Origin: Myxococcota bacterium
GTDB lineage: Bacteria > Myxococcota_A > UBA796 > GCA-2862545
Length of the DNA stretch: 28,095 nucleotides
Assembly (NCBI GenBank): GCA_039208735.1
Contig: JBCCQY010000118.1
Location: 1 to 28,095 of the forward strand
Direction: 5' to 3'
The first letter of the stretch is position 1. Every line of letters starts with the position of its first letter. Under the pieces are notes generated by a model. That model had not been told where the DNA came from and searched no databases. It saw only the letters and a program-made list of their open reading frames with translations. The translations under genes and the position numbers were made by a program. Positions 7,277 through 17,200 of this stretch are shown here, piece after piece.

Positions 7277-9790
7277 GTGGCTTGCATCGGGCATGGCTGG
7301 GAGGCCAGCACCGAACGACTTCCGTTCGCCGAACCAGGGGTTGGCCCCACCTATGCACCGGATCGGGTCGTTCGCATCACCCACCTCGAACTGCGACTCG
7401 TCGTGCATCCAGAGGCCCATCGGTTCTCGGGCACCGCGCTCATCAGCCTCGAGGCACTGCCCACATTCCGGGGTGAATTCGGATTTGACCTCGACGACGT
7501 CACGCTTGAGGCCGTCACCGACGATGCCGGGAACCCGCTCACGGCGGCCTATGTCGACGGGCAAGTCCGGATCAAGGCAGATGAGGTGCCTCGCCAGGTT
7601 CGCATTCGGTGGGCGGGTGACAGGCCACGGCGCGGTCTGTTCTTCACAGGTCCCTCCGAGGCTCATCCGCAGCGTGAACCGATGGCATGGACCCAGTGCC
7701 AGGACGAAGATGGCCACTTCGTGTTCCCCTGCCATGACCACCCTTCCACCAAGCACCCCTGGACCATCGAAGTCGTGGCTCCCAAGGGCTACACCTTGCT
7801 TTCAAACGGGCAGCTGGTCGATGAAGGCGAGGTGACGGAAGACGCCCTCGAGATGGCGTGGGCCCGCTACGAACAGCCGGAACCCATGCCGGCGTACCTC
7901 GTGACCGTCGTGGCGGCGAAGCTGTCGGTCATCGAGACCGATTGGCGAGGCCGTCCCGTACGGTACTATGTGCCGACAGGGCGAGAAGAGAATGTTGAAC
8001 GCGCATTCTCGCGTACGCCAGAGATGATCGAGCACTTCTCGACGCGCCTCGGGGTGGACTACCCCTGGCCCCGCTACGACCAAGTGGTGGTCGATGATTT
8101 CATCTTCGGAGGAATGGAGAACGTTGCCTGCACGACCATGACGGACGCTCTGCTCGTGGACGAAAAGGCCGCCGTCGAGTGGCAGCCGGACAGTCTGGTG
8201 TCCCACGAACTGGCCCACCAGTGGTTTGGCGATCTCGTGACGTGCCAGGATTGGTCTCAAGGATGGCTCAACGAATCGTGGGCCACGTTCTTGGAAGCCG
8301 TGTGGTGGGAACACACCCGGCCCACCGCCGAAGCGACTTGGTACCGCTGGCAGACCGCCGCTGGCTACCTCGCGGAGCACCACAGTCGGTACCGACGCCC
8401 GATTGTCAGCTACGACTTCAGAGAGCCCATCGACGTCTTCGACCGGCACCTCTACAACAAGGGGTCGTGCGTGTTGTGGACGCTTCGGACGAAGCTCGGG
8501 CCCGACGCGTTTTGGACGGGCGTGCAGTCCTACCTCACGCGACACGCGAATTCAACAGCTCACACGCGGCACTTCCAGCGAGCCATCGAAGACGCAACCG
8601 GGACGAACCTCGACGGCTTCTTCGCCCAGTGGATTTTCGAGACCGGACACCCCATGGCGACCGTGACCGTGGGCCGGGAGCATGACGGTCATCGCATCAC
8701 GGTGAAACAGTCGGGCGACGCAAAGTCCTTCGAACTGGTGGTGGAAGTCCAGGATGGCGATGACGCTCGCGAGGTCAAGCTTCACGTCGATTCCGCCAAG
8801 CAGACCTTCGTGGTTCCAGGGTCATCCGAGGCACATCTCCGCATCGATCCTGGCTACCGCGGGCTCGCCGAGCTGAAGCTCCGTGGGCCCGACCAATGGC
8901 TCGAGCGTTTGCTCCTGGACGCTTGCCCGGTCATGGCGGTTCGAGCTGGAAAAGCACTCCTCGCCCGCGATGGTCGGCGCCATCGCGAGGCGGTACGCAA
9001 CGCCATGGAGACTCACCCCTTTTGGGGCGTCCGAGGTGCGCTCGCGACCGCGCTGGCGAAGGCGGGCACCGACTCGATTCGTGATCACCTTCGGGAGCGT
9101 CTCCTCGCCGAAACCGACCCCCGTGCCCAACGTGCGATTGCGCAGGCATTGGGACGCTGGCGGAACAGCGAGGTTGCGGACACCTTGGTCGAACTGTTGG
9201 ACCGCAACGACCTGCCCAGCTGGCACCTCGAAGCGGCCGCCCTCAAGTCGCTGGCCAAGACGCGAGACGATCGTGCAGAGGCTGTGATTCGTGGCCGGCT
9301 GGGACAGAAGGGATGGACGTCGTTCGTGTGGCGTGCAGCGCTGATCGCACTGGGCGAACTCGACGGGGATGGAATCCTCGAGACGCTGATGGCTCACACG
9401 CGCAACACCGTCCCTGATCTTGTACGGATGTCCGCCGCGACGGCGCTTGGCAGCCTTGGGGACCGAGGCGATGCGACGGAGCGCCGTGAGATTGTTGACC
9501 GCTTGGTGGAAATGTTGAAGGAGCCAGGCTTCCGGTCGCAGCTTGCGGCGATCGGGGCGCTGGCCAAGATGCGAGACAGCGCGGCCCTTGAAGGGCTGGG
9601 CGAGATCCATCGGACCGCCCCCGATGGCCGGACCCGCCGGATGGCGTACGAGGCCATGGCGCGAATTCGTCGTGGACGTACGACAGAAGCGGGCCTTAGT
9701 GCCCTTCGAGACCAGGTGACCGCGTTGTCAGAAGCCAATGCGCAGCTTCGCGAGCGAATCGACCGTCTGGAACGGACAGACGACGCGTAG
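7277..9790 (+). CDS. M1-family zinc aminopeptidase with C-terminal HEAT-like repeats and a coiled coil
   Basis: GGMEN exopeptidase motif, HELAHQWFGD...WLNESWATF (HExxH-18x-E), YNKG. The C-terminal half has repeated R..A..ALG helices and ends in a heptad-like LRDQVTALSEANAQLRERIDRLE. Confidence 0.93.
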   Translation: MACIGHGWEASTERLPFAEPGVGPTYAPDRVVRITHLELRLVVHPEAHRFSGTALISLEALPTFRGEFGFDLDDVTLEAVTDDAGNPLTAAYVDGQVRIKADEVPRQVRIRWAGDRPRRGLFFTGPSEAHPQREPMAWTQCQDEDGHFVFPCHDHPSTKHPWTIEVVAPKGYTLLSNGQLVDEGEVTEDALEMAWARYEQPEPMPAYLVTVVAAKLSVIETDWRGRPVRYYVPTGREENVERAFSRTPEMIEHFSTRLGVDYPWPRYDQVVVDDFIFGGMENVACTTMTDALLVDEKAAVEWQPDSLVSHELAHQWFGDLVTCQDWSQGWLNESWATFLEAVWWEHTRPTAEATWYRWQTAAGYLAEHHSRYRRPIVSYDFREPIDVFDRHLYNKGSCVLWTLRTKLGPDAFWTGVQSYLTRHANSTAHTRHFQRAIEDATGTNLDGFFAQWIFETGHPMATVTVGREHDGHRITVKQSGDAKSFELVVEVQDGDDAREVKLHVDSAKQTFVVPGSSEAHLRIDPGYRGLAELKLRGPDQWLERLLLDACPVMAVRAGKALLARDGRRHREAVRNAMETHPFWGVRGALATALAKAGTDSIRDHLRERLLAETDPRAQRAIAQALGRWRNSEVADTLVELLDRNDLPSWHLEAAALKSLAKTRDDRAEAVIRGRLGQKGWTSFVWRAALIALGELDGDGILETLMAHTRNTVPDLVRMSAATALGSLGDRGDATERREIVDRLVEMLKEPGFRSQLAAIGALAKMRDSAALEGLGEIHRTAPDGRTRRMAYEAMARIRRGRTTEAGLSALRDQVTALSEANAQLRERIDRLERTDDA

Positions 9791-9851
9791 GACAGGTTCA
9801 GGACGGGTGTCACGCGGCCAGCCACGCTACGACGAACGGACGGAGGGCCGT

Positions 9852-10403
9852 GTGACGACACCGACGCTGCGACTTGCTCACATCGTCGAGAAAACCCAAT
9901 CCGAAGGGCCGGGCCTGCGGACCGCCATTTGGGTTCAGGGTTGTACCATCCGTTGTCCCGGTTGTTGCAACCCCGAGCTGTTCACGAAGAAGGGGGGCCG
10001 ACAGACCTCACTCGACGAGGTCATCGCGGCGTGCGATGGCGTCGAAGGGCTCACGGTGGTCGGTGGCGAACCCTTCGAACAAACCGAGGGGCTCGCCGCA
10101 CTGATGCAAGCCCTACCCTCGTCGCTTTCGCGACTCGTCTTCTCGGGCTACCGCCGTGAGGAACTTGAAGCGCGTGGGTGCCTGCACACCGACACCATTC
10201 TCGCCAACATCGATGTGTTGGTCGACGGCCAATACGACTCATCAAAGCCCGATGATTCGCGTCGCTACATCGGTTCCACAAACCAACGTGTCCATTTTCT
10301 GACCGACCGCTATGGTCCGGACGATTTTCGGGGCGAAGCGACCATGGAGCTGCGCTACAAGGACGGCAAGCTCGTTGTCGTGGGGTGGCCAGCGTGGCGA
10401 TAA
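9852..10403 (+). CDS. Small NrdG/activase-like radical SAM protein (about 183 aa)
   Basis: EGPGLRTAIWVQGCTIRCPGCCN (CxxxCxxC), GLTVVGGEPFEQ, FSGY, IDVLVDGQY, GSTNQR. GTG 9852 follows SD GGAGG (9842-9846). Confidence 0.9.
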   Translation: MTTPTLRLAHIVEKTQSEGPGLRTAIWVQGCTIRCPGCCNPELFTKKGGRQTSLDEVIAACDGVEGLTVVGGEPFEQTEGLAALMQALPSSLSRLVFSGYRREELEARGCLHTDTILANIDVLVDGQYDSSKPDDSRRYIGSTNQRVHFLTDRYGPDDFRGEATMELRYKDGKLVVVGWPAWR

Positions 10404-11350
10404 CCGTCTACGAACGCGACGTACTAACGCTCGCTATCGCGCTGGTTGAAGACACCGACCCCCGCCTGCACGTGCCTGCACTCGTCCGTGAGGGGCACAA
10501 GACCGGGCTATCCTCGGAGTGTCTTGCCGCGGTCGAACGGGTGTTTTCGCGCGGCTTGGCCCGTCGCCTGGCCCGTGGAGGCGCCACGCGGCTGTGGGAA
10601 CAGGCTCCTCCACTCCGCTTTGGCTCGGCGAGCCTCGACCTGTTGCATTGGCTCCACACCACCCCCATCTCCCATACAAAGACCCCGGCGTTGCGCCTGC
10701 GCTCGAAGCCGACCGTGGTCGAAACGCTGCTGTTTGCGCGAGCGGTCGACCTCATCGAGGCCGCGGGGGTTCGTCAGTTGCCCGAGCCCTTCTTCGAAGT
10801 GCCGTGGCTTTGGATGTTTCGAGGCGAGCAGCTTGCGGTGCATCAAGAACCGTCGGTGTCGCTCGTGGAGCGTCTCGATAGCGAAGACTGGCTGATCATT
10901 GCTTGCCACCGCGAACTTCGCGGCATTTGGGCACGTTGGTCGCGTCGGGCACGCGCCGAATCCGTTCCCAACACCGTTCGCCATGGCACCGTGCAGGCGG
11001 GATTGGCGGAAGCCATCGTGAACAGCAGTGCCGATAAGCCAGAGCGAGTCGCTTTTCTCATCGATCTGGTGACCTTGCTTGCCGACCTGCCCCACGAAGT
11101 GTGGGAGGTGAACCGCGGACGCGCTACCTTGTCCATGTGGCAACGCGCCCGCCAAGCTCGGGTCGCCATGCTTCGTGTGATGACCGAACAGGTCGGTCGC
11201 TGGCGCGATGTTTGGCGTGCGACGGGCTTTCTTGATGACGCCTATGAACAGACGCAACTGTGGCTGCGTCGATACGAGCCCGGGTTAAGGGCTCTGAACT
11301 TGCTTCGACACCCCGTCGAACGCGCTCGCCAACTGCCGGAGGTCGCATGA
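10385..11350 (+). CDS. Uncharacterised helical protein of the FtsH/MoxR cluster (321 aa)
   Basis: Overlaps the radical SAM stop and the next start (ATGA). Start is GTG 10385 or 10394. Cluster membership inferred from position. Confidence 0.8.
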   Translation: MASVAITVYERDVLTLAIALVEDTDPRLHVPALVREGHKTGLSSECLAAVERVFSRGLARRLARGGATRLWEQAPPLRFGSASLDLLHWLHTTPISHTKTPALRLRSKPTVVETLLFARAVDLIEAAGVRQLPEPFFEVPWLWMFRGEQLAVHQEPSVSLVERLDSEDWLIIACHRELRGIWARWSRRARAESVPNTVRHGTVQAGLAEAIVNSSADKPERVAFLIDLVTLLADLPHEVWEVNRGRATLSMWQRARQARVAMLRVMTEQVGRWRDVWRATGFLDDAYEQTQLWLRRYEPGLRALNLLRHPVERARQLPEVA

Positions 11351-11907
11351 GCCGTGCCTACGAAATTCGAGTGGCCCGGTCGCTCACGTCCCACAAGCGG
11401 ATCGAAGACGGCATCGAAGCCCGGCTGGAGCTGTTGCCCATTTTGGACCGGGAACGGACCGGTTCGTTGCTTGCCGAGCAATTGAAGGAGCGCGGCTGGA
11501 CCATCGAAGAGGGTGTGGCCAAGCGTGAAGTCGACGGGGTGAAGGTCGAAGTCGACACGACCACGGGTACCATCACACTGCGCACCGACAAAGACCTCAC
11601 CATCACGGTCGAAGGGGAGCGCCGGAAGCGCAGCTGGGATGAACGTGCGACTCAGGACCAGAAGGTGCTGGAGCAAGAGCTGGACCAGGCGCTCGAACGT
11701 TCGGTTGAAGAGAAGACCCAAAAGGAGCTCGACCAGCTTTCCGAGCAGCTCGAACGCGTGCTTACCGAAATCAAGCCGGAACTCGACCAGGCTACCGATG
11801 CGGTCAACCGGACCGCCCTCCGCGAGAAGGCCGCACAGCTTGGCCAAATCATGGACATCGCGGAAGACGGTGAGTCCGGAGAAATGACCATTCGCGTAAA
11901 GGTGTGA
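11347..11907 (+). CDS. Coiled-coil-containing protein of the FtsH/MoxR cluster (186 aa)
   Basis: ATG 11347 with SD GGAGG (MSRAYEIRVARSL...GEMTIRVKV); central E/Q/K-rich helix. From memory it resembles an FtsH ternary system accessory (X5-type) domain; not searched. Confidence 0.85.
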   Translation: MSRAYEIRVARSLTSHKRIEDGIEARLELLPILDRERTGSLLAEQLKERGWTIEEGVAKREVDGVKVEVDTTTGTITLRTDKDLTITVEGERRKRSWDERATQDQKVLEQELDQALERSVEEKTQKELDQLSEQLERVLTEIKPELDQATDAVNRTALREKAAQLGQIMDIAEDGESGEMTIRVKV

Positions 11908-11910
11908 TTC

Positions 11911-14007
11911 GTGAGTGAGATGACCGCGGCCGAGGCGGACCTTCCGAGCTCGCTCGACGAGTTCCAGGCAGCCGCGGCGGCCTACCCGACCGAGCTGGCG
12001 GCAGCGCGAGATGCGCTTGTCTCCGGACTTCCTGTACTCGTCGAGTGCGACAAGCAGCTGGTTCCGTTCTTCTATCGGAACCTTCGTGACCGTTTGCGGG
12101 CCGACGAAATCGCCATGCTCTACCTCGATGGGCGTCCTCAACCCGACGACCCCCCGGGTTTGGGCTTGATGGGCCGCATCCTCTTCCACCTCGGCAACGC
12201 GGTGCGAGGGGCGGTGGACCGTCGAGTCATCGTGTTGCCCCACCTCGACCTCGTGATGGGCGGGGGCGCCGGGGGCGGCATCTCGAGCGAAGCACGCGAG
12301 GTCATCGCGTTGCTCTATGAAAACCCAAGCATCGTGTGGCTTGGCTTCAAAGACCTGTCGCTCGACTTGCCCACCGTTGCGATGAACCTGTTTCCTCGTC
12401 GACTGTCGATCCTGGGCGTACCCCGAGACCGGTTGGGTCAGCTCGTGACCCAAGCCGAGGCACGGAAGTTCGGGCGCGGCCTCAACACCTTTCAGATGTA
12501 CAAATTCGTGTCGGGCGTCAACGCGGTGCAGCTGCGGCGCGTGCTGTCGGCCATCGATGGTGAGGACTACCCGACCGACCCGCGACCCGCGTGGGATCAG
12601 CTCCGGCAATCCACGCTGACGTCCGACATCACGTTGCCCGACCTCGATCTGCACAACGACATCGGCGGGTACGAGAACGTCAAGAAACAGCTGCAAAGCG
12701 AGATCATCGATCTCGTCAATGCACACCATGATGCCACGAGCGCGGAACAGGCGCGGCGTCTCGAATCGCTTGTGCCTCGGGGCATCATCTTCTGGGGGCC
12801 CCCGGGCACCGGTAAGACGATGTTCGCCAAGGCAATGGCCCGGTCCCTCGGTGCGGCCGTCATCGTCGTCAGCGGGCCTGAACTCAAGAGCAAGTGGGTC
12901 GGCGAATCCGAGTCGAACCTACGACGTGTGTTTGTGCAGGCGCGTCAGAGTGCGCCAGCCGTCATCATCTTCGACGAGATGGACTCGTTCGCATCGGCAC
13001 GCGGCACCTATGAGGGCTCGGGGGTCGAGCACTCGATGGTCAACACGCTGCTCACCGAACTCGATGGCTTCCGCTCCAACGAGATGGTCTTTGTCGTGGG
13101 CACGACGAACTTCGTCGAGTCCCTCGACCCCGCGCTCATGCGACCGGGCCGCTTTGAGTTCAAGCTGCACATCCCGTTTCCGAACAACGATGATCGACGC
13201 GAGATCTTGAAGATCTACGATCAGAAGTTCAGCCTGGGGCTGAATGAAGAAACGCTCGAATATGCGGTGAAGCGTACGGCCGACCCCGTAGAGGGCAGTT
13301 TCCAGCCCTATTCCGGTGACCACATTAATGCGGCGTGCCGGGCCCTGGCTCGACAGCGCATGCGCAAGGGCAACACCGGCGACACGACGGTGGCCGACGT
13401 AGAGGCGGCCCTCACCGCACACGTCGAGCGCCCCAAACTCACGCCCCACGAAGAACGCGTCGTGGCCATTCACGAGTGCGGTCATGCGGTGACGGCGCTC
13501 TACTGCGACAACGTGCCCACGGTCCAGCGCATTACCATCCTGGGCGACCTCGGGGGCACGCTGGGTCACATGCGGCTCGAGGACCCGGTGAACCGCGAGG
13601 TCACGACCCGCAACCAGCTCCTCGATCGCTTGGTTGTCGCCTTTGGTGGCCGAGCCGCTGAACAGGTCATTCTCGACGACATTTCCACCGGTGCGGCGGG
13701 TGATGTCGAAAATGCCACTCGCATCGCGCGGTATTGCGTTGAAATCGCCGGTCTGTCGGACCTCGGGCTCACCTCGTTCGCGGTCGGCAAGCCGTCCGAC
13801 CAGACCAAAGCGATGGTCGACGAGGCCGTGCGTCAGCTTCTGCAAGAGGCCGAAGAACGTGCCGTGCGAATCATCACCGATCATCGAGCCGAAGTCGAGA
13901 CGCTCGCCAGCGAGTTGCTGCGCCTAAAGACGCTCGACGCGACGGCTCTCGCCCAATTCACCTCGGCGCGCACCCCCGCGACCGAGGCCGGAGGTTCCCT
14001 TGGCTGA
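11911..14007 (+). CDS. Soluble FtsH-like AAA+ ATPase / M41 metallopeptidase (698 aa)
   Basis: Walker A GPPGTGKT, pore loop KWVG, Walker B IIFDEMD, SRH TTN..SLDPALMRPGRFE, HECGH (HExxH) and ISTGAAGD (third Zn ligand region). No transmembrane helix in the N-terminal 240 aa. Confidence 0.92.
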   Translation: MSEMTAAEADLPSSLDEFQAAAAAYPTELAAARDALVSGLPVLVECDKQLVPFFYRNLRDRLRADEIAMLYLDGRPQPDDPPGLGLMGRILFHLGNAVRGAVDRRVIVLPHLDLVMGGGAGGGISSEAREVIALLYENPSIVWLGFKDLSLDLPTVAMNLFPRRLSILGVPRDRLGQLVTQAEARKFGRGLNTFQMYKFVSGVNAVQLRRVLSAIDGEDYPTDPRPAWDQLRQSTLTSDITLPDLDLHNDIGGYENVKKQLQSEIIDLVNAHHDATSAEQARRLESLVPRGIIFWGPPGTGKTMFAKAMARSLGAAVIVVSGPELKSKWVGESESNLRRVFVQARQSAPAVIIFDEMDSFASARGTYEGSGVEHSMVNTLLTELDGFRSNEMVFVVGTTNFVESLDPALMRPGRFEFKLHIPFPNNDDRREILKIYDQKFSLGLNEETLEYAVKRTADPVEGSFQPYSGDHINAACRALARQRMRKGNTGDTTVADVEAALTAHVERPKLTPHEERVVAIHECGHAVTALYCDNVPTVQRITILGDLGGTLGHMRLEDPVNREVTTRNQLLDRLVVAFGGRAAEQVILDDISTGAAGDVENATRIARYCVEIAGLSDLGLTSFAVGKPSDQTKAMVDEAVRQLLQEAEERAVRIITDHRAEVETLASELLRLKTLDATALAQFTSARTPATEAGGSLG

Positions 14008-14269
14008 AGTCACGCTCCGCCTGCGGACGGATCCCCAAACCGGGAAGAAGTCGGTCGTGATCCAGTACTCGAGCGACACCGACGCCCTGCCAATGGAGCA
14101 CGAAGCCGACCACAAGAGAATTGTCGATCAGCTGATCGAAGCCGGAGCGCTTTCGGAAGACGACCGTGACGCCATCGTCATCGAGCGGCTGCCCGAGGAG
14201 TCTGAACCCCAGGCCGAGACCGGCACCGAAGGGGAGTCCGAGCGCCAGGCCCTGGACGAGTCGAGCTAA
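14000..14269 (+). CDS. Small acidic protein of the FtsH/MoxR cluster (89 aa)
   Basis: TTG start with SD GGAGG (13990-13994), 8-nt overlap with the protease stop, ends 1 nt before the next ATG. From memory it resembles the X3-type domain. Confidence 0.8.
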   Translation: MAEVTLRLRTDPQTGKKSVVIQYSSDTDALPMEHEADHKRIVDQLIEAGALSEDDRDAIVIERLPEESEPQAETGTEGESERQALDESS

Positions 14270-14270
14270 C

Positions 14271-17200
14271 ATGACCCTCCGGTTCTCCGACGACGACGCG
14301 ATTCGCGCCGCGTTGGGTGTCGTGCCGCCCGACGTTCAGGCGCGCGGCGGGCACTTCTGGCGCGAAGACGATGCGATTGTGGTGCAGGCGGACCTCCCCG
14401 CGGAGGTCTGTAAAGCGCTCGTTGCAGCTGGGATTTCCGAGGTCGATCCTCGCGACCCCAACGACGGCGAGGCCTTTCTACACTGGTTGGCCCTCGTGCC
14501 CCCGGTTGCCGAGCCAGATCCTGATCTCCGTGAAGTGTTGTTCCTGTTGCCACCTGGTGAAGGCTGGATCGGGCTTGCGTCCGAGCTTGTTCGGCTGGGA
14601 TGTGACGACCAGGAACTGTTGCGGCTTGATCAAGGAGACTGGCTGATCAAGGCGCGGAATCCGCCATATTACACCGTGGCCAAAGCTGCAGACGGCGCGT
14701 TTGTGGCCTTCACCCGAGATGGTCCCGATCTTTGGGTGGAAATGGGCTTCCACCACGAGATGGCGGAGCGGGTCTCTGCGCCAGACGGCACGATCCTGCT
14801 TGCCCGCCGGTCGGGTTGGCGAGCGATCGAGGCGACGGAGTGGACACCGCTCGACACTCGACTTGAGTTGTTGGCCCAACCGGCCACGACCTACACGGCC
14901 GAGCCGCCAGACGAACCCCTGGTCGTCAAGCTGCGCCTCATTCCTACGCCCAAAGCGCACCGGCCGTCGTTGTGGGTGGTTCCACCACCCGTGGCGTCAC
15001 GCCTCGAAAGCTTGCTCCGCACGCTTCCTGAGGCCACCGTCGAGCAGCTTGAGCTGGCCCGGTTCATCGGTGAGGCCGAGGACCATGGAGCCTTGCTTCG
15101 AGCCCGGCCCGGCACCCCTCCGCCCATCCTCGAAGGGCTCGACGCGTTCGTACCTCACCCGCATCTTGCCTCGCTCTTTGTGCCTTGGGGCATGGCCATC
15201 GACCCCCCGTTGCAGGCGCGCACCATTCAGCGGTTGCTCGATCCAGGTTCCGGTCGCGTGGCTTGGGTGACCCCGCTCGACCAAGGGATGAGTACGCACT
15301 TCGTGGAAGAGGGTGCATTTCAGCGTCTTGCGGACCACGTGCTGTACGTCGCAGAGACCGATGAGGGAGCCCTCGATGCCTGGATGGGCAACGCGGCCTT
15401 CGAATGGGAGCCTCTGAACCTTGAAGTCGTAGGCGCCACCGAGCGTACGCCTCGGTCGCGACGCTTTACCACCGAAAGCGACCGCGGACCCGTGGTGGCG
15501 TCGACTGGGCCCGCCACCCCACGCCCTCGGACCACACCGCGCACTGAATCTGCACCCGCAACGCCGGCCCCTCGAACGTTCGAAGTGCAATTGAGCGAGC
15601 CCGGCGAGATCGAGCAGGCACTGCAGGACCTTCAGGCCGAATGGACGGAAAACCCCGATCGCACGGATCTGTGGGCACCGATGGCGATGCTTCATCACCG
15701 GCTCGATCAGCCACGTGAAGCTGCGCTGTGCTGGACACGGGCGCTGTGGGACGCCGATGCCGAGAGTCGATCCCAGCTCATCCAACAGTGGGCCGGCGAA
15801 CTGCCGCAAGTAGACGAGCTGCCCGCTGAGCCCGATCCGACCCAGCTCACCGCCGTCGTGGCCCACCTGCTGGCTGAAAACCTCGAGTCCGACCCTCCCG
15901 AGATCCAGCGTTGGCTCGATGAGCACGATCCCGTGCTCGATGTGCGGAGCCGATGGCTCGCCCGCCGTCGGGTCGCGCAGCTTGCAGGCGGGGACGAACT
16001 GGCGCTCGCCCGTGCGCGCGATGACATCCTGGCGTCGATCCGCTCGGGCCTCATGCCGGTACGTGACGTGCCCGCGTTCATGCGCACCTCGACCACGCCC
16101 GAGGACCGGCGTCGGCTTGCGGAGAGCTTGGCCGGGATCGAGCAAGGGTTGCTGCCCCTCACGCCCAAGACCGCTCCCCAAGCGTGCACGCGCGCCTATA
16201 CGCGTCTGACACTCGCCTGGGCCAACGCAAGGCTTGGGATTGCGGAACCTGCGGTCCAGGCGCTCGGCCAAGCCGAAGAAGATTTGCCCGCGGAAGACGC
16301 GATTCACATGGTGTTGCTCGGTTTGTACCGGGCGGGCATCGATGAGGCGCTCCGAGGCTTGCCGGAGGAAACGCCGCCACCAGCGGCGGTGCAACAGCAG
16401 TTGTCGGCGCTGGCGAAGTTCGACCGGTACAAGATCGACCGGCTCCGCAACGTATCGATGGGGGTCTTGCGGGAACCCCAAGCTCAGAACCCATTCGAAG
16501 CCTTCGTCAGCGAAGATCGGCAAGAACTCGCCGCATTGCCTCCCGATGCGCTCCTGCCCGCGTTGAACGAGCGCCTCGAGAACTTGTCCGAAGATCGGCC
16601 CGACCGGGACCTCAAGGAGATCTTGCAGGGCATCGTCGCGCTGGACGAGTCGGACGGTGCGCGACTGCTGGACCGGGTTCTTGACCAGGCACAGGCATTG
16701 CCTGGCTTGGTAGCGGTCCCCGTGCTGGTCGAAGTGGTTGGGGTGGCCGCAGCGCTACGACGTCCGTCGGCGGGTGAAGCGACGCTGTCGCGCCTGGCCG
16801 AAGGCCTCGCCCAAGCCATGGATGAAGATCCGACCGACATCGCGCAGCCGGCCATCCAGTCCTTGGCTCGCCATCTGGCTCGATGTGGACTCATGACCCA
16901 GGGCCGGGTCTTGTTTGCGGGTCTTCAGGAGCGCTGTCCTGCCGAAGAGCAGGTGCTCCGCCTGCGGCTCGCGGGGGCACTTGCCCATGTCGGCGGTACG
17001 GTCACGGACGAGGCGGAGGCTGGTTTGCGGCTGCTCGAGCAGCCCGAATTGCCCCTGCCCGAACGACTGCGGTTGTTGTCGGCTGTGGCCGACCTCGCTG
17101 CGCCCATGCCGCTCACCAACGCCATTGAGTTGTGGGCATCCATCGTGCCCCAAGCGCGCCGCGTCGAAGACGCGTATTCCACGAATACGCACTTTGCCCT

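Noticed and set aside
9852..10403. Calling this nrdG
   Set aside because: No nrdD in the window; only family-level similarity is supportable.
11911..14007. Calling this the housekeeping ftsH
   Set aside because: No TM segments, atypical N-terminus and accessory operon context, so no gene symbol given.
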